Shown here: positions 1-7,939 of the stretch, piece after piece | Layout of the letters: each line of letters starts with the position of its first letter | Position numbering within the stretch: position 1 is the stretch's first letter | NCBI GenBank assembly: GCA_902517865.1 | Contig: CABYDT010000001.1 | Span: 91,862-123,861 of the forward strand | DNA: 32,000 nt | Source of the DNA: an uncultured Pelagibacteraceae bacterium | Lineage (GTDB): Bacteria > Pseudomonadota > Alphaproteobacteria > Pelagibacterales > Pelagibacteraceae | Direction: 5' to 3' | Made by a program: the position numbers and the translations under genes | Notes under the pieces: model-generated | Databases searched by the model: none | Told to the model about the DNA's origin: nothing | What the model saw: only the letters and a program-made list of their open reading frames with translations

Positions 1-555
1 CCCAATGTAACCAATTACATGAGAAAACTCTAATGGCTTGGTATATGTTCTTTCGTAGGATAAAAATGGAAAAACACCGGGCATCATATCAAGATTGTAA
101 TTAATCATAGCAAAATTTTTCCAAGATAATATTTCATCTAAAACAAAAGGTTCAAATCTTTTAGTCCTTTTATGTTTTGTAATTAATTTTTTATAATTTT
201 GAACTTTCAAAAGATCTAAATTCAATATTTTCGTTAATTGATAAAAAGTCTCATCAATGCTCTGAGTTAAGTCTAAATTAATACTAACTTTATAAATTTC
301 TTTATTTGATGCTAAAATTCTATTTTGTCTATCTAAGACAAGCCCTCTTTCTGAGACGACTTTCCATTCACTAAATCTATTTCTATCAGATAAGACCTTA
401 TATTTTTTTCCTTCAAATAATTGCAAATATGTCAATCTAGAAATTAAAAGACCAAAGAAACTAAATTTTCCGATATTAAGGATAAAGGCTCTTTTTGAAA
501 TAGCTTTACCCTTGCTCTCGATACCTTTTTTTGCTTTTGGCTTAAAATATTCCAT
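1..555 (-). CDS. mrdA: Penicillin-binding protein 2 (peptidoglycan D,D-transpeptidase MrdA), N-terminal part; runs off the window
   Basis: Hand translation of the minus strand from the ATG at 553-555 gives MEYFKPKAKKGIESKGKAISKRAFILNIGKFSFFGLLISRLTYLQLFEGKKYKVLSDRNRFSEWKVVSERGLVLDRQNRILASN...FSHVIGYIG. It is open to position 1. The membrane anchor followed by RL..LQ...KY..LS..NR...RG.I.DRN..LA.N pattern is typical of the PBP2 N-terminus. It is not in the ORF track because it is truncated. Confidence 0.75.
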   Translation of the reverse strand, partial: MEYFKPKAKKGIESKGKAISKRAFILNIGKFSFFGLLISRLTYLQLFEGKKYKVLSDRNRFSEWKVVSERGLVLDRQNRILASNKEIYKVSINLDLTQSIDETFYQLTKILNLDLLKVQNYKKLITKHKRTKRFEPFVLDEILSWKNFAMINYNLDMMPGVFPFLSYERTYTKPLEFSHVIGYIG

Positions 556-599
556 ATTAACACTTATATATATAGACTTTTTCAATTCAAAGTGTTAAT
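556..599. promoter_or_regulatory. Perfect 10-bp inverted repeat (ATTAACACTT ... AAGTGTTAAT) with a 24-nt (TA)n-containing spacer, in the divergent mrdA/rpsU intergenic region
   Basis: Arms at 556-565 and 590-599 are exact reverse complements. The repeat starts immediately next to the mrdA start codon and lies 25 nt upstream of the rpsU start. Confidence 0.3.
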
Positions 600-623
600 T
601 CCCCGCTACTTAGGAGGTTAGTT

Positions 624-818
624 ATTAAAATAGAAGTAAAAAATGATAATTTAGAACAAGCGCTCAGAGTTCTTAAAAAAAAGCTACAGCGTGAGGGAAC
701 ATTCCGTTTGCTCAAATTGAAAAGTCATTTCGAGAAGCCATCAGAAAAGAAAAAGAGAGAGAAAGACGAAAATATAAAAAGATTTAAAAAACTTAAAAAA
801 CTTAGATCTAGACTTTAA
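624..818 (+). CDS. rpsU: 30S ribosomal protein S21
   Basis: Hand translation gives (V)[64 protein letters not shown]. This matches the alphaproteobacterial S21 pattern (..V.VR.NN.DQALR.LKKK.QREG.FRE.K.R.HYEKPSEK..REK). A perfect AGGAGG lies at 612-617. There is no in-frame ATG/GTG/TTG after the in-frame stop at 573-575, so the start is non-canonical, most likely ATT at 624. Stop TAA is at 816-818. Confidence 0.85.
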   Translation: MKIEVKNDNLEQALRVLKKKLQREGTFRLLKLKSHFEKPSEKKKREKDENIKRFKKLKKLRSRL

Positions 819-2221
819 TCTAGAGCCTTAGAGATCTCTTCAACCATTTTTTTTGCATCAGAAAATAGCATTAAGGTATTATCTCTAAAGAATAACTCGT
901 TATCTACACCTGCATATCCCGCTGACATACCTCTTTTAACAAAAAGAACGGATTTAGATTTTTCAACATCGAGGATTGGCATTCCGTATATTGGGCTTTG
1001 TGGATCTGTTTTTGCAGCTGGGTTTGTAACATCATTCGCTCCAATCACAAAACTCACATCTGTATTTGAAAAATCATTATTAATATTTTCTAATTCGAAC
1101 ACTTCATCATAAGGAACATTAGCTTCAGCTAAAAGTACGTTCATATGACCAGGCATTCTTCCGGCTACTGGGTGGATCGCATATTTAACATCTACCCCAT
1201 TTGCTTTTAATTTATCGCACATTTCTCTTAGAGCATGTTGAGCCTGTGCAACAGCCATACCATAACCTGGTACTATTATAACCGAAGATGCATTTTTCAT
1301 TAGAAATGCAGCGTCGTCAGCACCAGCTTGTTTTACAGGTTTTTTATTTTGAACTGCAGAAGTTTGAACAGAATCACCTCCAAATCCTCCTAGGATAACA
1401 TTGAAGAGCGATCTATTCATTCCTTTACACATAATATATGAAAGAATGGCACCAGAAGATCCAACTAATGCACCGGTTATAATTAAGGCTGTGTTCTCTA
1501 AAGTAAAACCAATTCCAGCTGCCGCCCACCCCGAATAAGAGTTTAGCATTGATACAACAACTGGCATATCAGCGCCACCAATTGGTATTATTATTAAAAA
1601 ACCAATTAAAATAGAAACCAAAGTTATAATCCAAAAATATTTCTCTGACTGATCCATGGCAAAAAGAACTATTGCAATAATTATGCCTATACCGATTAAT
1701 AGGTTGATCAAATGTTGACCTCTAAAAACAATTGGAGAGCCAGACATGATTCCTTGAAGTTTTAAAAATGCAATACAAGAACCAGAAAAAGTAATTGCGC
1801 CAATTGATGAACCAATAGACATTTCAATTAATGATGCCAATTTAATTTTCCCGTTTTCAAAGATTCCAAACGCTTGTGGATCATAGTATGCAGCAATAGC
1901 AATTAATACAGCGCATAATCCTACCAAACTATGAAATCCTGCAACAAGTTGTGGCATTGCTGTCATAGCAATACGAGCTGCAATTAACCCTCCGATAATA
2001 CCACCAATCAATAATGGTATTAAAATAAACGAGATGTTAGACATTAATTCTGCTAACGAGCCAATACTAAATAGTGTTGTTATAATCGCAATAGTCATGC
2101 CTGACATACCAAAAATATTTCCTGTCCTTGAAGTCTCTGGTGATGACAGTCCTCTTAGTGCAAGAATAAAGAAAATTCCTGATACTAGATAAAGCAATGC
2201 AACTATATTTGCTGAAATCAT
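815..2221 (-). CDS. pntB: NAD(P) transhydrogenase subunit beta
   Basis: 468-aa polytopic N-terminus plus a C-terminal dIII NADP(H) domain ([37 protein letters not shown]). It directly follows the pntA genes. Confidence 0.95.
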   Translation of the reverse strand: MISANIVALLYLVSGIFFILALRGLSSPETSRTGNIFGMSGMTIAIITTLFSIGSLAELMSNISFILIPLLIGGIIGGLIAARIAMTAMPQLVAGFHSLVGLCAVLIAIAAYYDPQAFGIFENGKIKLASLIEMSIGSSIGAITFSGSCIAFLKLQGIMSGSPIVFRGQHLINLLIGIGIIIAIVLFAMDQSEKYFWIITLVSILIGFLIIIPIGGADMPVVVSMLNSYSGWAAAGIGFTLENTALIITGALVGSSGAILSYIMCKGMNRSLFNVILGGFGGDSVQTSAVQNKKPVKQAGADDAAFLMKNASSVIIVPGYGMAVAQAQHALREMCDKLKANGVDVKYAIHPVAGRMPGHMNVLLAEANVPYDEVFELENINNDFSNTDVSFVIGANDVTNPAAKTDPQSPIYGMPILDVEKSKSVLFVKRGMSAGYAGVDNELFFRDNTLMLFSDAKKMVEEISKALD

Positions 2222-2524
2222 TTATTTTTTTTTCCCTTTTTTGTACATCTTTAACATCCTCATGGTGACCAGAAATCCACCAAAGATATTTACAGCTGCT
2301 AATAAAATCCCCACAATTCCAGAGTAAAAAGAAATAATCGAACTATCGGAACTAGAAACTGCAACGGCTATCAAAGCACCTACAATTATTACAGATGAAA
2401 TTGCATTTGTTACCGACATTAAAGGTGTATGCAAAGCTGGCGTAACACTCCATACAACGTAATACCCTACAAATATAGAGAGTATAAATATTGCTAACCT
2501 AAATACAAAAGGATCTATTTCCAT
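2222..2524 (-). CDS. pntAB: NAD(P) transhydrogenase subunit alpha part 2 (membrane dII segment)
   Basis: 100-aa protein with three hydrophobic helices, sandwiched with no gap between the dI and beta subunit genes. This is the three-gene pntAA/pntAB/pntB layout known from Rhodospirillum-type transhydrogenases. Confidence 0.9.
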   Translation of the reverse strand: MEIDPFVFRLAIFILSIFVGYYVVWSVTPALHTPLMSVTNAISSVIIVGALIAVAVSSSDSSIISFYSGIVGILLAAVNIFGGFLVTMRMLKMYKKGKKK

Positions 2525-3607
2525 TTATTTTAATAACACTCCTTTAATAATTTCATCATCATGATTTATCTCTACAGTTTTTTTTTCTTTATTAAAAATT
2601 AAATTTATAAAATTCAAAAGATTTTTTGAAAGTAAAGCTGACGCTGACCCAGGAATTCTTGAAGCATAATTGCTGTAACCTAGTATTTTAACTCCATTTT
2701 TTTCTATAATTTTGTCAGGTTCAGAAAAGGCACAATTTCCTCCTTGAGCGGCTGCTAAATCACAAATCACAGAGCCAGGTCGCATTGAAAGCACCATTTC
2801 CTCGGTTATAATTCTTGGTGCTTTTTTTCCAGGAATAAGCGCAGTACAAATTATTATGTCTTGGCTCTTTACAGTGTCTTTTATTAATATCTCTTGTTTT
2901 TTTTTAAATTCATCACTAGCCTCTTTTGCATAACCTCCTGAAGTTTCCATGTCTTCTGCATCTTCAACAAATACAAATTTCGCACCTAAGCTTTCGACTT
3001 GCTCTTTTGAAGCTAGTCTTACATCCGTAGCGGAAACAACTGCTCCTAATCTCTTGGCAGTCGCTATTGCCTGTAAACCCGCCACTCCAGCTCCTAATAT
3101 GAAGTATTTGGCAGGTGTAACAGTTCCTGCGGCAGTCATCATCATTGGTAAAGCTTTTTGAAATTCGTATGCAGTATCAATAACAGCTTTATATCCTGCT
3201 AAGTTTGCCTGAGATGATAAAACATCCATGGCCTGCGCTCTAGTTATTCGTGGTAATAAGTTAAGAGCAAATACTTTTTGCTTATTTTGTTTTACTAAAT
3301 TAGTTGCGTCATTATCTGCTTGATTAAAGAAACCAATTATTAAATTTGCACCCTGCTTAAATTTAAATTCAGATAAATTTCTTTGAGAAATTTTCAATAT
3401 AATATCTGATTTTTCACATAACAAATTGTTATCTGATATTGTTGCCCCAGATTTTACATATTCGTCATCAGCATAATCTGAACTATTACCGTAATTTTTT
3501 GGTATCATGACGTCGATACCCAGGGATTTTATTTTCTTTACACCTTCGGGGTTTAACATTACCCTTTTTTCAAAATCCGCACTTTCAGAGATACATCCCA
3601 AAATCAT
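2525..3607 (-). CDS. pntAA: NAD(P) transhydrogenase subunit alpha part 1 (soluble NAD(H)-binding dI, alanine-dehydrogenase fold)
   Basis: 360 aa with the Rossmann motif ILGAGVAGLQAIATAKRLGA and the dI-like RITRAQ.MD.LSSQ..LAGY motif. Confidence 0.95.
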   Translation of the reverse strand: MILGCISESADFEKRVMLNPEGVKKIKSLGIDVMIPKNYGNSSDYADDEYVKSGATISDNNLLCEKSDIILKISQRNLSEFKFKQGANLIIGFFNQADNDATNLVKQNKQKVFALNLLPRITRAQAMDVLSSQANLAGYKAVIDTAYEFQKALPMMMTAAGTVTPAKYFILGAGVAGLQAIATAKRLGAVVSATDVRLASKEQVESLGAKFVFVEDAEDMETSGGYAKEASDEFKKKQEILIKDTVKSQDIIICTALIPGKKAPRIITEEMVLSMRPGSVICDLAAAQGGNCAFSEPDKIIEKNGVKILGYSNYASRIPGSASALLSKNLLNFINLIFNKEKKTVEINHDDEIIKGVLLK

Positions 3608-3675
3608 TTGTAGTTTTATAAATAATTAAAATGTTAAAACAAGACTTTAATTCTTAAATTTAATATTAATAAACT

Positions 3676-3786
3676 CTAGAGTAAAAAAATAGCCATACCT
3701 GCTAAAATTAAAATTACAGCCGCAGAAACGTATATAACAAATTTTGTAAAAACATCCCAAGTCTTCTTTTGTTCCTTAATATCCAT
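3676..3786 (-). CDS. Small single-pass membrane protein (36 aa), resembles bacterial aa3-type cytochrome c oxidase subunit IV (COX4_pro_2-like)
   Basis: Hand translation gives [36 protein letters not shown]. The ATG overlaps the rpmJ stop (TAATG at 3784-3788). The polar-head-plus-one-TM pattern is family-like. It is too short to be in the ORF track. Confidence 0.45.
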   Translation of the reverse strand: MDIKEQKKTWDVFTKFVIYVSAAVILILAGMAIFLL

Positions 3787-3911
3787 TAGCCTTGTCGCGC
3801 TTTCATTCTGGGATTTTTTTTGTTGATGACGTATAATTTCCCTCTTCTCTTAACGAGCTTATTATTCAAATCTCTTTTTTTCAGTGATTTTAGAGATGAT
3901 ACAACTTTCAT
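3786..3911 (-). CDS. rpmJ: 50S ribosomal protein L36 (zinc-less, long form)
   Basis: Hand translation gives [41 protein letters not shown] (41 aa). It matches the L36 type-B consensus (MKV.SSLKS.K.R......V+RRG+.YVINK.NPRFKARQG) and has no Cys/His zinc ligands. Confidence 0.9.
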   Translation of the reverse strand: MKVVSSLKSLKKRDLNNKLVKRRGKLYVINKKNPRMKARQG

Positions 3912-3940
3912 AAAATTAAATATAACATGATATCCAAATT

Positions 3941-4945
3941 TTAAAACAACTTTTCTTTCCAGCTTTTTGGAGTTTTTTCATTTAATATTTCTAATTCGTA
4001 ATTGTACTCAAACTTTTTAGGACCTTTAATTTTTATAAAATCAATTACCTTATCCAAAGACTCACTAAGAGATACTTTCGTTTCATAACCAAGAATATTT
4101 CTCGCTTTGTCAGCTGAACATACTGCATGCTTAACCTCGTTAGGTCTATCTTCGTAATATTCAGGTTTTTGATTAAATTTTAATTTATTAGACAATAATT
4201 CAAATAGCTGATTAATAGTTATAAACTCTTCGTCTGGTCCGATGTTTACTGTTTGATTAACGATTTTTTTATCCATCATAAGTTTATCAAGACAAAAAAT
4301 ACAATCATCAATATCAGAAAAGCATCTCTTTTGTTCACCATCTCCATAGATAATAGGTTTTCTATTTTGTAACATTAAGTTTGCCATTATTGAAACTACA
4401 TTCCTATAAGGGTCAGTATATGTTTGTTTAGGACCAATAATATTATGTGGAACTGCAATATTGTATTCGAATTTGTGTGTCTTACTTAAAATTTTTAAAA
4501 TATTTTCTGCAGCAACTTTTGATACGCCATAGGGATCAACAGGATTAATTTTATCATCTTCTTTAAAGGGTACTTTTACATCTCCATATCGTGCCATAGA
4601 GGAACAATATACTACCCTTTTAACATTATTTTTAATGGCAGCCGTAAAAACTGAAACACTACCTGTTACGTTATTATTGCAAATTAAAGTTGGCGAAAAA
4701 CTTGATAAACCCTCGTGTGCATAAGCTGCAGCATGACAAACTATATCTACACCTTTCATTGCTTCAGATAAGCTTTTTAAGTCTTCACAATTTATCTTGT
4801 AAAATTTAATTTTTGATTGATCGATGTTGTCTAAAGAGCCACCTACAAGATTATCACATCCTGAAACTTTAAATCCTTTTTTTAAATAATAATCTGCAAG
4901 GTTTGATCCTAAAAAACCAGCGATACCCGTAATGAAAATATGCAT
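3941..4945 (-). CDS. NAD-dependent nucleotide-sugar epimerase/dehydratase (extended SDR)
   Basis: 334 aa with the [11 protein letters not shown] glycine motif and the catalytic [10 protein letters not shown] (YxxxK). The start lies only 11 nt downstream of the 5S rRNA 3' end on the same strand. Confidence 0.85.
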   Translation of the reverse strand: MHIFITGIAGFLGSNLADYYLKKGFKVSGCDNLVGGSLDNIDQSKIKFYKINCEDLKSLSEAMKGVDIVCHAAAYAHEGLSSFSPTLICNNNVTGSVSVFTAAIKNNVKRVVYCSSMARYGDVKVPFKEDDKINPVDPYGVSKVAAENILKILSKTHKFEYNIAVPHNIIGPKQTYTDPYRNVVSIMANLMLQNRKPIIYGDGEQKRCFSDIDDCIFCLDKLMMDKKIVNQTVNIGPDEEFITINQLFELLSNKLKFNQKPEYYEDRPNEVKHAVCSADKARNILGYETKVSLSESLDKVIDFIKIKGPKKFEYNYELEILNEKTPKSWKEKLF

Positions 4946-4956
4946 TTTTTTAATAA

Positions 4957-5072
4957 GCCTGGCAACGACCTACTCTCCCATACCTTAAGGCAAAGTACCA
5001 TCGGCGCTGAAGGACTTGACTTCCGAGTTCGAGATGGGATCGGGTATTGCCCCTTCGCAATAATTACCAGGC
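4957..5072 (-). rRNA. rrf: 5S ribosomal RNA
   Basis: The reverse complement reads GCCTGGTAATTATTGCGAAGGGGCAATACCCGATCCCATCTCGAACTCGGAAGTCAAGTCCTTCAGCGCCGATGGTACTTTGCCTTAAGGTATGGGAGAGTAGGTCGTTGCCAGGC. It carries the conserved blocks CCGAACTC.GAAGT.AA, AGCGCCGATGGTA, GAGAGTAGG and TGCCAGGC, and the termini pair as helix I. No 23S or 16S gene is present in the window. Confidence 0.92.
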
Positions 5073-5138
5073 ATGGAGTTCATACATACTTTTAATGAAC
5101 TGGTAAAGTGTTTTTTTTTAGCAAACTGTGAGATAAAT

Positions 5139-5213
5139 TGGTGGGCATGGCAAGAATTGAACTTGCTACCTCTACGATGTCAACGTAGCGTTCTACCAAT
5201 GAACTACATGCCC
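5139..5213 (-). tRNA. tRNA-Val (anticodon GAC), CCA encoded
   Basis: The reverse complement folds as GGGCATG-TA-GTTC-ATTGGTA-GAAC-G-CTACG-TTGACAT-CGTAG-AGGTA-GCAAG-TTCAATT-CTTGC-CATGCCC-A-CCA. All four stems are perfectly paired. Confidence 0.9.
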
Positions 5214-5256
5214 CTAGTATATTTTTTAATAATAAAATAAAAGGGATTATAGATAA

Positions 5257-6051
5257 ATGAATAATAAGAAAATATCAATAATCACCGTTGTTAAAAATGG
5301 GATGCCTTATATCAAATCAGCAATAAAGTCATTTGAATTACAGGATTATCAAGATAAAGAGTTAATAATTATTTATTCAAAATCAGATGATGGAACTGAG
5401 GAATTTCTAAACAAATTTTATCCTAATATTTCATACTGTGACCAAAAATCATTGAACAAATTTGGTTCAATAAATCTAGGTTTAGAGAAAGCATCTGGTA
5501 ATATTATTGGTCTGTTACACGCAGATGACTTTTTTTATAATGAAAATACATTAAAAAATATATCAAATCATTTCGATGATGAAGTGAATTGCATATATGG
5601 AGACATAATGTTTTGCAATAAAGAAAATATCAACACTATTTCAAGAGTATGGAAATCCGCTAATTATGAAAAACTGAATTTAAGGTTTGGCTGGACTCCA
5701 CCTCATACGTCAATTTTCATAAAAAAAAATTTGATAAATGATATAGGAAACTATGATGAAACTTTTGATATATCCAGTGATTTCGATTTTATCCTAAGGT
5801 TATTTAAAAACGAAAAATTGAAACCCAAAAAATTAGATAGCTATATAACTGTAATGAGAACTGGTGGTGACAGTACAAATTTTAGAAAGTTTCTTAGAAA
5901 ATTTAATCAAGATATTCAAATATCATCAAAATACTTTAAACAGCCTTATTTGAGTGTTTTATCGAAAATCATATCAAAAATTAGTCAGTTTAAAATTTTT
6001 AAACAACAATTAAAAAATAATTATATTGATAGATTAAATTCTTCGTTATAA
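5257..6051 (+). CDS. Family 2 glycosyltransferase
   Basis: 264 aa. ISIITVVKNGMPYIKSAIKSFELQDYQDKELIIIYSKSDDGT and LLHADDFF are the GT2 nucleotide-binding and DxD-type signatures. Confidence 0.85.
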   Translation: MNNKKISIITVVKNGMPYIKSAIKSFELQDYQDKELIIIYSKSDDGTEEFLNKFYPNISYCDQKSLNKFGSINLGLEKASGNIIGLLHADDFFYNENTLKNISNHFDDEVNCIYGDIMFCNKENINTISRVWKSANYEKLNLRFGWTPPHTSIFIKKNLINDIGNYDETFDISSDFDFILRLFKNEKLKPKKLDSYITVMRTGGDSTNFRKFLRKFNQDIQISSKYFKQPYLSVLSKIISKISQFKIFKQQLKNNYIDRLNSSL

Positions 6052-6064
6052 AAGACTATCTCAT

Positions 6065-6141
<77 letters not shown>

Positions 6142-6206
6142 AATGTATCAAGAATTATTTCACTTTCATAAAATTTTAAAGCTGGTGACGTCCATATTGA
6201 GTCAAG

Positions 6207-6794
6207 TTAACCTAAAAGGTTTTTCTTAGCTTTTGCGAACTCTTCTTTTGTTATAGCTTTATCTTTATATAACTGGTTTAATTCTTTTAGCTCATCAGAT
6301 ACATCTTTTTTAGTTCTATAGGATCTTTTTGAATCTGAACTTTTGAACTTGCCTACTGGCTGAGCCCACAAATATATTAAATATATAATTCCTATTCCAG
6401 TGATATATAATAGTTGCCACCATCCTGACTTCCCAACTGAATGAAGTCTTCTTGCTCCGACTGCAAGTGTAGGAAAAAATAATATTACATTAGCAAGAGT
6501 ATTTAATATCCATGGATCCCAATAACTTGAATAAGTCTGCCCAGTAACTCGCTCAGTTAACCCAGACCAGTTATCTACAACTTGTGCCCATAAAGCAACT
6601 GCTATCCCCCAAATAACAAAATACCAAAATTCATTTTGATCTGCTTTACCATCGAAATCAAAATATTTTGTAAAACAATTTTCTAAAGAGTTTTTAAATG
6701 CAATACCTGCCTGATCTTTCTGTTCTGCAAGAAACATTGTTCCAAACACAAGAATAAACCAACCTAAAACTAAAGCACTAATTAAATCCCACAT
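6207..6794 (-). CDS. DUF805-family inner-membrane protein with a C-terminal SHOCT domain
   Basis: 195 aa. The DQNEFWYFVIWG ... RRLHSVGKSGWWQLL pattern is DUF805/YhaH-like. The tail SDELKELNQLYKDKAITKEEFAKAKKNLL is a typical SHOCT motif. Confidence 0.7.
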   Translation of the reverse strand: MWDLISALVLGWFILVFGTMFLAEQKDQAGIAFKNSLENCFTKYFDFDGKADQNEFWYFVIWGIAVALWAQVVDNWSGLTERVTGQTYSSYWDPWILNTLANVILFFPTLAVGARRLHSVGKSGWWQLLYITGIGIIYLIYLWAQPVGKFKSSDSKRSYRTKKDVSDELKELNQLYKDKAITKEEFAKAKKNLLG

Positions 6795-6875
6795 GTAATT
6801 AAGTATCCTTTATAATTATTTAAATCCAAATTATCTTAACCTTCTTTAAAAAAATAACAAAGAACAAATAATTGA

Positions 6876-6928
6876 TGGAGAGAGCGGGATTCGAACCCGT
6901 GAAAGAGTTACCCCTTTACACGATTTCC
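6876..6928 (-). pseudogene. Truncated tRNA-Ser(GGA) 3' half: anticodon loop, long variable arm, T-arm and acceptor 3' strand, with no 5' half
   Basis: The reverse complement reads TTGGAAA-TCGTG-TAAAGGGGTAACTCTTTCA-CGGG-TTCGAAT-CCCG-C-TCTCTCC-A, followed by TCA rather than CCA. The sequence where the 5' half should lie (6929-6965) has no D-arm, no GGAGAGA acceptor strand and no partner for the anticodon stem. That stretch instead holds the stop and C-terminus of ORF 6932-7939. Confidence 0.6.
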
Positions 6929-6931
6929 AAG

Positions 6932-7939
6932 CTAACTGTAATTGTTTCTAGTAAATTTAATAAAATCGTTGTTTGGCTTGGTATTGTACATATGATCAAT
7001 CCAATTATAAGTTTTATTAATTCCATCTTTAAGTGAGTAATTATAATCCCATTGTAATACTTTTTTTATGAGATCGTTATTGCTTGATCTGCCATTTACA
7101 CCCTTTGGCTTATCTAACTGATAATTTCTTTTTAATTTAACACCACTTATATTTTCAATAATATCTACAAGTTGATTTATTGATACTTTTTCCTCACTTC
7201 CAATATTTATTGGATCTCTAAAATCTGAATTAAAAAGTTTTAAAATTGCTTCAACGCAATCTTCTATATACAAAAAGCTCCTAGTTTGGTTTCCATCTCC
7301 CCATATATCTATTGAATTTTTTTTACTCATTTTAGCCTCTATTACTTTTCTACATAAGGCAGCTGGAGCCTTTTCTCTTCCACCGTCAAAAGTGCCGAGT
7401 GGACCGTAGATGTTATGAAATCTTGCTACACGTGTTTCTAAACCATAATCTTCATAAAAATGTCGACACATTCTCTCACTAAAAAGTTTTTCCCATCCAT
7501 ATCCATCTTCTGGCATTGCTGGATAAGCATCAGCTTCTCTTAAGCCATCGATGTCAGCATTCTTTTGAAGTTCTGTATTGTAAGCGCAAGCGCTTGATGA
7601 GAAAAAATACTTTTTAATATTATTTTTTCTACAAGCTATTAACATATGAGTATTAATAAGTACTGATATCATGCACTCTGCCTTATTGTTTTCTATAAAG
7701 CCTATTCCACCCATGTTACAAGCTAAGTTTAAGACGTAATCAATATCCTTTGTCATCTTAATACAATTATTTAAATCCGTCATGTCCAGTGAAAAGTTTT
7801 CAACTTCTTCAAACCTTTGAAACCAAAATTCGCTTGGTTTTATATCAACAGCACGAACTTTTGCTCCGGTATCAAGTAATTTTTTTATCAAATGACCCGC
7901 AATGAAACCGCCTCCGCCTACTACTAAATAATTTTTCAT
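6932..7939 (-). CDS. GDP-mannose 3,5-epimerase-like extended SDR
   Basis: 335 aa. Long collinear blocks match GDP-mannose 3',5'-epimerase as I recall it: NLA.NMGG.GFI..N, FFSSSAC.Y, DAYPA.P.D.YGWEKL, RFHNIYGP.GT..GGREKAPAA.CRK, WGDG.QTRSF..I.DCVE, SDF.DPINIGS.E.VS.N, GV.GR.S.N.LIK. The Rossmann motif is VVGGGGFIAGHL. Confidence 0.8.
   Translation of the reverse strand: MKNYLVVGGGGFIAGHLIKKLLDTGAKVRAVDIKPSEFWFQRFEEVENFSLDMTDLNNCIKMTKDIDYVLNLACNMGGIGFIENNKAECMISVLINTHMLIACRKNNIKKYFFSSSACAYNTELQKNADIDGLREADAYPAMPEDGYGWEKLFSERMCRHFYEDYGLETRVARFHNIYGPLGTFDGGREKAPAALCRKVIEAKMSKKNSIDIWGDGNQTRSFLYIEDCVEAILKLFNSDFRDPINIGSEEKVSINQLVDIIENISGVKLKRNYQLDKPKGVNGRSSNNDLIKKVLQWDYNYSLKDGINKTYNWIDHMYNTKPNNDFIKFTRNNYS

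Noticed and set aside
807-824. A TCTAGA-CTTTAA-TCTAGA hairpin at the convergent rpsU/pntB stop codons, considered as a bidirectional terminator.
   Set aside because: The stem is only 6 bp and AT-rich, there is no flanking T-run, and it lies within both coding ends. It is too weak to call.
5077-5119. A 7-bp hairpin (AGTTCAT/ATGAACT) followed 9 nt later by T9 between the 5S gene and tRNA-Val. It looks like a plus-strand intrinsic terminator.
   Set aside because: Nothing is transcribed rightward into it, and the T-run is not adjacent to the stem. It is more likely a spacer or processing structure in the minus-strand tRNA-Val/5S precursor, or chance.
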